A stretch of 64,000 bases of DNA, from positions 178,498,001 to 178,562,000 of the forward strand of contig NC_042998.1 of NCBI RefSeq assembly GCF_006345805.1, written 5' to 3'. This document shows, piece by piece, positions 1 through 11,016 of this stretch; position 1 is the stretch's first letter; each line of letters starts with the position of its first letter. A model generated the notes under the pieces. The model searched no databases and was not told the origin of the DNA. It saw only the letters and a list, made by a program, of their open reading frames with translations. Position numbers and translations under genes: made by a program. This stretch comes from Octopus sinensis. Taxonomy: Eukaryota.

Positions 1-28
1 AACTTAAAGTAAGTTAAAGCCAGAACAT

Positions 29-69
<41 letters not shown>

Positions 70-87
70 ATATATATACATATATAT

Positions 88-274
88 CATCATCATCATC
101 GTTTACTGTCCGTTTTCCATGCTAGCATGGGTTGGACGATTCGACTGGGGTCTGGGAAGCCAGGAGGCTGCACCAGGCTCAAGTCTGATCTGGCAGTGTT
201 TCTACAGCTGGATGCCCTTCCTAATGCCAACCACTCTGTGAGTGTAGTGGGTGCGTTTTACGTGCCGCTGGCAC
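88..274 (-). mobile_element. RTE-type LINE/SINE 3' end with (GAT)n tail
   Basis: Reverse complement reads GTGCCAGCGGCACGTAAAACGCACC...GCATGGAAAACGGAC..AAACGATGATGATG; the same tail recurs at ~31.3, 35.3, 36.0, 39.1 and 60.3 kb. Confidence 0.8.
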
Positions 275-505
275 AGCAATATATATATATATATACATAC
301 ATATGCATATGTACCTAGTATATGTATGTGTGTATATATAGATATATACACACACACGCACATGGTATGTATACATATATGCATGTGTGTGCGATACATA
401 TGCCTTTTTTGGAGATATAAATATTAAAAGATGTGTATACAAATATATATTGAGAGAGAGTAGAGAGAGGTAATGATGCAGAAAAACACAATTAGGCTTG
501 CCACA

Positions 506-541
<36 letters not shown>

Positions 542-849
542 TCGAGCCTAATTGTCTTTATCTGCATTACTACCTCCATATCAACTTGTCTTGGATTTCT
601 CTTATAGCCATTCTTGATGCCACGGACCTTACTTCTGGATGAAGAATTCGGGGTTTAAGTAAATATTCATTTGAGTACTACTGCATGTTTTCTATACTGA
701 GCATATCTAGCTCTTACTTATTCTCTCTCTCTCTCTCCCTTCTTTCTGTGTGTGTGTGTGCTTGTGCGTACATGCATGCACGCATACACACACACTGATA
801 TATACATATAGACATACATAAATTCTTAACATACTTCAAGCAGAATCAC

Positions 850-1960
850 TGTAACAATAAGTACAAGACATTCTAGAATGCAACTTAGCTTCAGATCGAA
901 CTATAATGAAGCAAAGCCTCTTCACTGTCTTTTCACCCCCAACATCGAACCAATTACTTGAATACATGTTAGGAAGTATGCATCCACAGTCTTGGACATC
1001 AGAGTAACTTTTCAGACAATCTGATACAATAGATTCTCTATCAAACAGAAATTCAAAAAAGTATGTAAGAAATTGATAAGGTGGTTGCAAAGCTACATTA
1101 AATGGTGATTTATCAACTTTACCCTTTCACTCTTTCACTGCATTGAACTCACAAAGTAAAATATTTCACCCACTTCTATCCACAGTTTCCAACACTCTCT
1201 CAATATTAGTTGTATATTTGCATTGATAAGGCGGCGAGCTGGCAGAATCGTTAGCACGCCGGGCAAAATGCGTAGCCGTATTTTCGTCTGCCGTTACATT
1301 CTGAGTTCAAATTCCGCCGAGGTCGACTTTGCCTTTCATCCTTTCGGGGTCGATTAATTAAGTACCAGTTAAGCACTGGGGTCGATGTAATTGACTTAAT
1401 CTGTTTGTCTGTCCTTGTTTGTCCCCTCTGTGTTTAGCCCCTTGTGGGTAGTAAAGAAATATGTATATTTGCATTGATGACTCAAAGTTGTTTGCAACAA
1501 TGAGTCGTCATGTGAAAGTAACAGTGCAGTAGGGAGCTTAAATAAATACAAAACCAGAATGGAATCCTTGGAAGATGACAGGAAAGTAACATTTTAATCA
1601 TGACTAAGTAAATGTGTTTTGGAAAAGTAGTCTATCAAATCTTGGACTGCAATTTGAAATTGTAGCTACTTTTGCAAAAAAAAAAAAAAATACCCCAAAA
1701 AAAAACCATCCCAAGATTCTTGGTGTAATCATAGACTGTTAACTATTATGAGGAGAACTAATTTCCATCATATGTAACACAGCTGCACAGATGCTTGGAG
1801 AATTTGAGTAATCAAAGTGTGAAGCAATGATTTTATCATAAGATGTCCATCAAGCCTTGAACTCAATTGAAAGCAACCTATGAGAAAGCAAATTGAGATT
1901 CTGAATGTAACCATAGACAGTGAGCTGATATGAGCTGTTATATATCTTCATCATATATAA
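850..1960 (+). mobile_element. Degenerate CR1/L2-like LINE reverse transcriptase remnant, interrupted by a SINE
   Basis: Frame-broken RT motifs FA-DDSKLFA (~1467-1495), KVTF..SKCVL and ILGVIID (~1713). Confidence 0.55.
1230..1460 (+). mobile_element. tRNA-derived SINE (GGCGGCGAGCTGGCAGAA family), full length
   Basis: Pol III A/B-box-like head (GAGTTCAAATTCC); 17-bp TSD TGTATATTTGCATTGAT at 1211-1227 and 1462-1478; near-identical copy at 33666. Confidence 0.92.
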
Positions 1961-2135
1961 CATAGCTGCAGAGAGGATTAGAGCTCTACACAAAATTATA
2001 TAAATACTTACAAATAAATAGTCATACACACAAGCAGGCACTCACACTCACACATTCATATACACACACACACATTTAAAAGTATAAACAAAAATATAGA
2101 TATATATATTATATACACACACACACACAAATATA

Positions 2136-2725
2136 CTGGGTGCGGTGAATAAGCCATCATCTAAATTACGCAAAAACATTTTAACAGATATATTTACCAA
2201 AATTGCATAAAAATATCTTGAAATACTAAAGAGTAAATTTATTCAATAAAATCACTATTGGCTTCAACCACAGTCTCCAGACGACTTCGGAATCTCCTCC
2301 AACACTTCTGGACAGTCTCCTTGGTGAATACTACCATAACTCTTGCCTTCAGTTCATCTTTGGTATTACAAGGAATTTTGTTGGTCTCTCATTCAACTGT
2401 GCCTCACACATAATAATCAAGGGGGTTGCAATCTGAAGAGTTAGGTGGCCAGATGTTAGGGGTGATGTGGTCACAGAAATTGTCTGGGTTCTCCTGCTTG
2501 TGTGGCATGGTGCAGAGTCCTGTTACCAGACATAGGGTCTTCCAGCAGCCACCCTCTTGGCCCAGAGCAGTACTACCTTCTCCAGGCACTTGGTGTAGGC
2601 CTCTAAATTGAGTCTGAGGCCATGTGGGGAGATGAATTGGGGTGTAATGTTGCCATCACTAGTGATCACTCCAAACTCCATGATGTTGACTGGATGATTG
2701 ATTTTTATCACTCTTGGTACATGTC
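2136..2725 (-). mobile_element. maT/DD37D-like Tc1/mariner transposon 3' portion
   Basis: Translates to VMEFGVITSDG...YVWQQDSAPCH-like...NIWPPNSSDCNPLDYYV (WPPxSPDxNPxD motif); terminus CTGGGTGCGG next to TA. Confidence 0.85.
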
Positions 2726-2734
2726 CTCAGATTA

Positions 2735-3126
2735 ACATCCAGCCAACATGATGGTGTTTGGAGTGATCACTAGAGATGGCGACATTATGCCTCCGTTCAT
2801 CTTCCCACACAACCTCAGACTCAACACAGAGGCCTACATCAAGTGCCTGGAGGAGGTAGTGCTGCTCTGGGTCAAGAGGGTGGTTGCTGGAAGTCCCTAT
2901 GTCTGGTAACACATCTCTGCATCCTGCCACACAAGCAGGAGAACCCAGTCATGGCTGTCAGACAATTTCTGTGACCACATCACCCCTAACATCTGGCCAC
3001 CTAACTCTCCAGACTGCAACAGCTTGATTATTATGTGTGGGGCACAGTTGAGAAGAGACCAACAAAACTCCTTGTAGCGCCCAAGATGAACTGAAGGCAA
3101 AGCTTATGACAGTATTCACCAACTTA

Positions 3127-3130
<4 letters not shown>
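2735..3130 (+). mobile_element. Second maT/DD37D-like transposase fragment, inverted relative to the first
   Basis: MVFGVITRDGDIMPPFIFPH...NIWPPNSPDCN; reverse complement of ~2330-2700. Confidence 0.85.
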
Positions 3131-3196
<66 letters not shown>

Positions 3197-3433
3197 CTAG
3201 AATAGTGTATATCAGATAAGAGATTTGTTGCTGGTTTACGTGTTAATGTTTATATTCACACTTGAATCAGAGTATATTTATTTTTGTTTGAATGTAATTG
3301 TAAACTCTAATGTATCAATGTTTCAAGCTTCACAACTTTCTTCATAGTCAATATATCTGTCTCTGAACTAGGCCGTGAGGTGGAAAACAATGGTGCTATT
3401 GCAGGGTTTCAATACAACATATATACATACATG

Positions 3434-3472
<39 letters not shown>

Positions 3473-3508
3473 TAGTGTGTTGTGTGAGTGTGCATGTAAA
3501 TGTGTGGG

Positions 3509-3541
<33 letters not shown>

Positions 3542-3751
3542 ATAAACACATGTTGGTCCACCTTATGCAACTTGGTTATACTGTGAATAGTAAATCAGTG
3601 GAGTTATGTGTAATTTAAGTGACAAGTTTACAGACAGACTAATAACAAGTAAATGGATGGGTATACGAGTGGGGCATGGATGAGTACATAACAATAAATA
3701 GTAAACAGTAAAGTGACAAAATAACATGGCAAATAACTGTTAATTTGTGGA

Positions 3752-4130
3752 AGCACTCCGTCGGTTATGACGACGAGGGTTCCGGTTGATCCGAATCAAC
3801 GGAACAGCCTGCTCGTGAAATTAACGTGCAAGTGGCTGAGCACTCCACAGACACATGTACCCTTAACGTAGTTCTCGGGGATATTCAGCGTGACACAGAG
3901 AGTGACAAGGCTGGCCCTTTGAAATACAGGTACAACAGAAACAGGAAGTAAGAGTGAGAGAAAGTTGTGGTGAAAGAGTACAGCAGGGATCACCACCATC
4001 CCCTGTCGGAGCCTCATGGAGCTTTAGGTGTTTTCGCTCAATAAACACTCACAACGCCCGGTCTGGGAATCGAAACCGCGATCTTATGACCGAGAGTTCG
4101 CTGCCCTAACCACTGGGCCATTGCACCTCC
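3752..4130 (-). mobile_element. tRNA-derived SINE with Meta/MESC-like 3' domain
   Basis: Head GGAGGTGCAATGGCCCAGTGGTTAGGG, B-box GGTTTCGATTCC; TSD AACTGTTAA at 3735-3743 and 4131-4139. Confidence 0.9.
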
Positions 4131-4189
4131 AACTGTTAACTAGAAACCATGTTACTGGAATAAGTTTTAATGTTTATTCCATTAGTGCT

Positions 4190-5130
4190 TGGGTCAGCGG
4201 AATGACCTGAGGAACAGCATTTCTGGAATCATACAACTTAACATGCACACATGCAAAAGTGTCCTGGTATATAAATCTTCCATGTCACAGTTTTACAGAC
4301 TAATGAAGATCCACAAAATAAAGTGTGGGTTAAAAATACTGTCAGTCATTCCAGAGAACGGAGCGATTCCTCTCATGGCTACAGACCAAGAGCAATTGGC
4401 AACCAACAGAATTTCTCCAAATCTCCAAAAACATCCCTAAAGAACACTACTGGACAAGAACTAGCCTTCAGCCTGGATATATCCTCCATGTTCACCAGCA
4501 GATGAGCAGACTTGCTCTCTGCATACCTTGGCTCCCTTCTAAAGTTCTGCACTGACATGTTTTTTAAGTACAAAATCACCACCTGTGAGTTGAGATCCTA
4601 GCTCTCCTAACATTTGGATGGTATGCAGTGCAGAGTACAGCACTCCATATCATTCAAACATTTGTACTGACCTTTCCAGAGATAGGTTCCTAAAAATCTA
4701 CATAACCTTCAATGTTTTCTACATCAACATCTTGCTTTATATTGAATATCCAATACCAGAAGTTTCCCTAACCTCAGTTCTACTAGAGAGTGAAGAATGA
4801 CATCTTCCTCCATCCAGATTCCACATGCTGACAACACCTGAAATACTGTACTACAATAAACAATTAGCCTGCCACATTCTGAATACAACAATGACATACA
4901 GTTAAGCTTTATATAGAAAAGTTTTGGAGAGATGCTGCCCAACAGCAGTTATGAATTATGTTATGTGAAGCAAGTGTATAAAATGGGGAGCAGACAAACA
5001 CAGAAACCACTCAGTCCAGCAAGATTAAAAATAAATTCTGTCAAAGGACAGAAGAGCCACTCACAGGGAAGCCAACACCTGATGATGACTGGAGAATTGA
5101 CAGACACTAACAGATTATCTGCCAATTGAA
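4190..5130 (+). mobile_element. Penelope-like element RT/GIY-YIG remnant
   Basis: SQFYRLMKIHK (cf. PLE YGLPKIHK) and LAFSLDISSMFTS (cf. SLDVxSLFT); heavily frameshifted. Confidence 0.65.
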
Positions 5131-5260
5131 GCATGATATGATGATGTAGTCAAACTCAAATACCAAACAAGATCAGTCACGATTCAATTTGGCTGATAAC
5201 TGGGAAAGATTATATGTCTAATATGGAAACTATGGTTCTTTAGGCTATCAATTTAGGATA

Positions 5261-5272
5261 TGTGTGTGTGTG

Positions 5273-5353
<81 letters not shown>

Positions 5354-5360
5354 TGTGCAT
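5261..5360. repeat. (GT)n microsatellite
   Basis: About 45 GT units visible. Confidence 0.95.
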
Positions 5361-5384
5361 GCGTGTACGCATCTGCTATCTTTT

Positions 5385-5725
5385 ATCTTTTACTTGTTTC
5401 AGATTTACTCACAAGGCTTCGGCTGATCTAGGGCTATAGTAGTCGCCATGATAGATTGTTAGCCACTACACACATTTTTTCTCTCCTTGTTTTTTTCTGT
5501 GTTCCTTACTGTAGAAGAGCATAGGCTCGAAACGTAAAAGACTTTTTCTATTCCTGAGCGTTATACTAATACATCTGATTGTTTTGTACACCTCCTGTCT
5601 TCGCCTTTTGTTTTTTTCATAAATTCTCGCTATAGTAGAAGACATTTGCCCAGGGTGCCAAGCAGTGGGACTGGACCTGGAAATATGTAATTGGGAAGCA
5701 GGCTTCTTACCATACAGCCATGCCT
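5385..5725 (-). mobile_element. SINE (GGCTGTGTGGTAAG family) fragment carrying a Penelope-type terminal insert at 5443-5628
   Basis: SINE core split by an insert containing GAAGAGCATAGGCTCGAAAC; duplication GCTATAGTAG on both sides of the insert. Confidence 0.7.
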
Positions 5726-5734
5726 GCACTTTAC

Positions 5735-5829
<95 letters not shown>

Positions 5830-5830
<1 letters not shown>

Positions 5831-5990
5831 TATATTCGCCATTTAAATATGGCTAACCCCTAAGAGTAGATGCTACTGTAGCTTGTAGCCCCAGGAGGAC
5901 ACCTCCTCCAGCTGGCTATTGACACACTTCCTGTGCCCTATCAGTATTTGCAAAGGGAAACCATCCTTCCCATCTTCAACCTATGATACA
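5830..5990. repeat. Unclassified interspersed repeat, second copy at 42187-42320
   Basis: GTATATT(C/T)GCCATTT(A/G)AATATGGCTAACCCCTAAG...GTGCCCTATCAGTATTTG shared by both sites. Confidence 0.8.
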
Positions 5991-6520
5991 CACAGACTCG
6001 AATATATATATATACATCAAAATATCAAAATAAGCAACAGGGTATCAAGTAGCTATGCAGTAAAATTGTTTCAAGTGACTCCATTTAATTGAACAGTGCA
6101 ATCATTACATCAATTTAAATGCAATGCCATGCCATCATCAGCTGCACAGATAAATAGAATTTTAACCAGTTGGACACGTTAATATAATTTTTTTCAAATA
6201 CTTTAACAGAGCAAGAAGATGGAAGAAATTTATGTTGACACCATTATAGCTAAGAATAGACTACACTTCCAAGAATGGCATGAAGCCCACAGGGGTCATA
6301 GCTCGTAAAGGACTGTGGTCCATTTCTAATTCATTTGTCTCTTTATCAACTACTAAATCTAAGACTGTGTCTGTTTGGAATGCAGTTGATGATGGCACTG
6401 CATTTAAATTGATGTAATGATTGCATTGTTCAATTAAATGGAGCCACTTGAAACAGTTGTATTGCATCACTACTTGATATCCTGTTGCTTATTTTGATTT
6501 TATATATATATATATATATA

Positions 6521-6822
6521 TACTAGCAGTATCGCCCGGCTCAGGTTTGTAAGGGAAATAACTATATAAGCATTTTTAGAGAGTTACTTTCCTTATATAA
6601 TAGCAAAAAAAATGCATTAAAAACGGGAAAAAATGATGGTAAATTTTTTTTTAAATTGTAGACTCATCATAGATGCGCGCTAATACCCAGAAGGGCTCGA
6701 TATGAATCACTACTATAAGATACCCGCTTTTGGTTACACTGCACTGCAAAATGTGGGAGTAGTTAGGAATCTAAATCGTAGGAGACAGACACACAACTTC
6801 ACTTTTATATATAAAGATATAT
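6521..6822 (+). mobile_element. Non-autonomous Helitron/Helentron-like (DINE-1/HINE-like) element
   Basis: Starts TACTAGCAGTATCGCCCGG inside (TA)n and ends ACACACAACTTCACTTTTATATATAAAGAT, typical HINE architecture. Confidence 0.6.
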
Positions 6823-7916
6823 TGATATTTCACATAAACACAGCAATACTAACCCAGTATTAGGACTCAATATACATATGCTTCTAAATGAAGCATCAGT
6901 TGAATACAGAATAACAATAGTAAGAAATTAGGATGACAAAGGAATAAACAATTGTTTTGAACTTCATAAGATCAAGACATAATTGTTTATTCCTTTGTCA
7001 TTCTAATTTTTCATCTGTGTGTCTGAGTATGTGTGTGTGTGTGTGTCTGTGTAAATACATACACTCATACAGACACACACACACATATGTGCATCTACAG
7101 TACAGTAAAAACTCCACCCTAATTTGACAAGTGGGTCCTTATTGTACTGTATCCTACATTTTCTGCAGAAGTATTAAAGCCACTCAGATCAGAGTTCCAC
7201 AATTAGATTTGTGAATATTAAAAAGAGCCAAACAATAACAGACAGCAATTAAATGCTACAAACAAATAAAAATAATAACTTAATTCATATTGCACAGTTT
7301 GTATTCTTGATGTCTGGTACACGAGTATAAACTTTTCAAGCATAAGTGTATAACTTATAGTAGTAAAACCAGTTATATATATATATATATATACCAGTGT
7401 CCTGGAACAGATAAAATTAGTAATAATTAATCTATAGTATATTAAACACTTCCTGTTATTTAAGAAGAGTAACCAGAAGTTGTTTTTTTTTAAGAACTGA
7501 AAGTACAATACTTAAAGTATATTGTAGTATAGATTCAGGAAAGTACCTCATAATGTTATTATGGTAGTATATAATCGTTGAGTCTAATATTCACAGAAAT
7601 GAAAATATAAATGTCTTGCATATAACAGAAAATATAAAAAGCATTACAAATAGACTTCTGAGACCATCATTTAGAAGTCAGTGATCTGCAGAGTTTATTC
7701 TAGCATTTTTAAGTTATAAATACTTGCAAAATGTCTAAATCTATTCCCAAAACTTTGATAGATATGCTACTAAAATATTTTTTTTTCTCAACTCAAGTTT
7801 AGCAATCATAAATTATTACAACACCATCTAATGTGTAATTCTCCCCCATTATCTAGTTCTTAGCAACAGACACAATATTTCGAACTGTAGAATTTCATTT
7901 GAAGTTTATTACTTGC

Positions 7917-7985
7917 CTGTTCTATCTTGAATGTTTCAGAGAGTAATTGGCCAAGTCCTTCTTTGAGATGATACATTATGAATAA
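7917..7985 (-). other. Candidate 69-nt exon with GC donor (LFIMYHLKEGLGQLLSETFKIEQ)
   Basis: Acceptor tttactctctatag, open phase 0-0 frame, donor CAG|gcaagt; product not recognised. Confidence 0.35.
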
Positions 7986-10120
7986 CTATAGAGAGTAAAT
8001 CTGGGACAATCGTCAACTAAGAAGAACTGGAATCAGTAGCAATGTTAGTGAGAGTCGAGGCTAAAACAACAAGTTGACATGTTGACTCATCTAACCTATG
8101 GTAAGTGTAGACATGTTGATGTTAAAGTGGCACTGTTGCGGTTACTAAATGTTCTCTTAATAAGATGTCGAGATAATTTTATGAACTAATATAACCCCTC
8201 TAAGACTTCACTTGATTTTTTAAACAAATCATACATCAGCTAAATGATATTTACATACAATTTTTACATGACTTTTGTAAAAACTAAAATATAAATTGAA
8301 AGAAAAATTACATATAACTTGTCACTGTGATTTAATTTAGTTGCTGAAGATTGATATTTAAAATGTTTTATATAAAAATACTACCCCCAAAATAACATGG
8401 CAATAACGATATTTCTAAATGACTTTTGAAAGGTTAGAATCTGGATACATAGACTTTCAGAAGGAAACTAAGATAAAAACTCAAACAAACAAGAAATTTA
8501 ATTGGTTTGTTTGGAGAGAAAATCATTCCAGCTTCAGATAATTTCTCAGATTGGAAACAGAAGGCAAAATGAATTGTCAGTTTGTAAAAGGAAACAATGA
8601 TAAGCTAACTAATGGTAGGAGAAAGCTCAGAGGTACAGAAGAAAAAATACACACACACACACATGCATGCACGCACGCATGCACACATGTTTAGAAGAGG
8701 GAAGAGAGAAAGTAAAATAGCAGTTAAAAATTTGGCAATAACAAATAGTTAAATGTTGAAAATGGAAGTTACTTGAGGAGGTAGTTTAATATCACTGAGC
8801 AAATGATGTTAGCAAATTCATACAAGTGAGCAAGAGATTTATTTACAGAGAAAATAAATTCAATTTAAGTCGAAGAAAGAATTTCACTTGTTTTTATTTT
8901 TTCCATTTTGCAAGTTTTTAATAACTACAAGATAAACCATCACAACATTTAACTGAAGCATATAATCCAAGAATATTAACCAGCTTGTGTAGTGGCAGCA
9001 GCACTTATGAAAATTATGAACAGCCTCTTTCATCAAAACTACAATTCGCTACTAATATGCATATGAAGAAACGAATGTTCAGGTTTTAACTAGCAACACT
9101 TGATAGATATTAAAGCAAAACAACTCAACTGCTTCAGTTCATTGCAACACTGGAATATTTTAAGGACACACACATACAAATACAAAATGACTAATAACAA
9201 ACTAAATAGAATTTTTAAAGCCAAACCTGTTTTTTTCCTCCCCCAGCATTATAAAGTGAACTGAAGAAATAGAAAAGATATCTAAAAAAAAGCAAAAACT
9301 TTTAAATTATAGCTAGTCTCTTCAAGGGAAATGAACACTTCATCTATGCTCACATTTCCCCACCACCCCACTTTCCAACAAAACCCAAAGCATTACTTTG
9401 GAGTTAAGTAACATTGCTGGTCACCCTATCTATTACTGTTTAGGTAGGTTTTTCTAAAACATACAGCTATCTCAAAAATCAAGTTTGTCAGTAACTTAAT
9501 TACTTTAAGGGTGTATGTTTGAGAAGATATAGTACAAAAAGCTGTCACTAGGTTTTATATTGTGTTCATTGGTACCAATAATATCTAGTTTAATGACATT
9601 AAATTTTGATCTAGTTTAGTTTCACACTAATAGCTATAGTAAAGTTTAGCCTAGCAACACTAGTGGTATTAACATGATTAGTCTTGTGACATTGGTCATG
9701 GTTGGGCTTAGCCTAATGCCACAAGTCATTGTCAGGTCTAGTTCTGCAAAACTAGTTGTAATGAAACTTAGCTTATCACACTAGGTTGAAATGAGCAGGT
9801 CCTGAAAGTTGCACATTTTTATGTTAAAGAATTTCCACTAACTAACCATTTTGAAATGGTACAACACTAAACTAACCCTTTGTTGGAGAATCATGAAAGA
9901 AAAAGACTTTTATTATATCTGTGTAGTTTTCATAACACAAAGGATATTTTTGCACTTACATCAATCCACTATACTAAAACAAATTGTCCTCTACCACCTA
10001 CCACTAAGGTTTGTTAGTGTAAGACCAAGTATAAGGCTACAAAACACAAATTCAGAAAATCTATCTCTGTACAACCAATCACCCAATAGAGAAACAACAA
10101 AGTAATGCTTGATGTAAAAA

Positions 10121-11016
10121 TACAAGGGGATGCCCAAAAGTAACTGGAAACATTCTCTGTGGGACAAAACCTACTGTAGTTTAGGCTTCCACTGCTACAA
10201 GCTACTTGATGCAACCCTCAGGCATCAGTCGATCAACCAGTGGCATCGAGTGAAGTTGTAATGCCACATGGTATGTCTTTGTTTTGAAGAGCTTCTCCCC
10301 TGTTCGTCAATTTTTGTGATGGTTGAAACAAAGGAACAATGTGATTCTGTGAAATTCTGTCTTCTGCTGGGGAAAACGGCAGCCAAAACAGTTGTCAAGC
10401 TTCAAACAGATTACAAGGATGCTTCCATGAGCAAAACACAAGTTCACGAGTGGTTCCCATGTTTTAGGAATGGTCACTTGTCACTTGAAGACCAATTTTG
10501 TTCAGGACAACCGTCGACCTCTCGAACGAATGAAAACATCATGAAAATTCATGAACTGATCTTAGAGGACTGTCACCGAACAACTGATGAACTTGTTGAT
10601 ATGACTGGTATATCCTGGAGCTCCTCCAACAAATTTTGATTAAGGAATTGCAAATGAAAAGAGTTGCAGCAAAATTTGTGCCTTGCTTGCTCAGAGAAGA
10701 TCTCACAGATCAAAAGCAGTCACAGCTGAATGCATGTCATGAACTGAAAGAACAGTTGGAAGTTGATCAAGACCTTTCTTTGAAGGTAATCACTGGTGAT
10801 GAAAGCTGGTGCTATGAAATTTGCAGATGGAGGCATTATAAGGCATCACTTCACAAGAGTTCCAGCACTGCTTAGAATAGTGGAAAATGTGCTACCTGGA
10901 TTCATGCATTGCTTCAAATGAAGAATACTTTGAAGGCGATAAAAGTGTAAACATGTAAAACTAAATGAGTAAAATAACATTGCATAATTCCAGTTTCTTT
11001 TGGGTACCCCCTCATA
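10121..11016 (+). mobile_element. Internally deleted mariner transposon with both TIRs
   Basis: TIRs TACAAGGGGATGCCCAAAAGTAACTGGA / TCCAGTTTCTTTTGGGTACCCCCTCATA with TA flanks; ORF pieces EQCDSVKFC..HEWF..SGQPSTS, KFVPCLL and VITGDESWCY. Confidence 0.92.
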
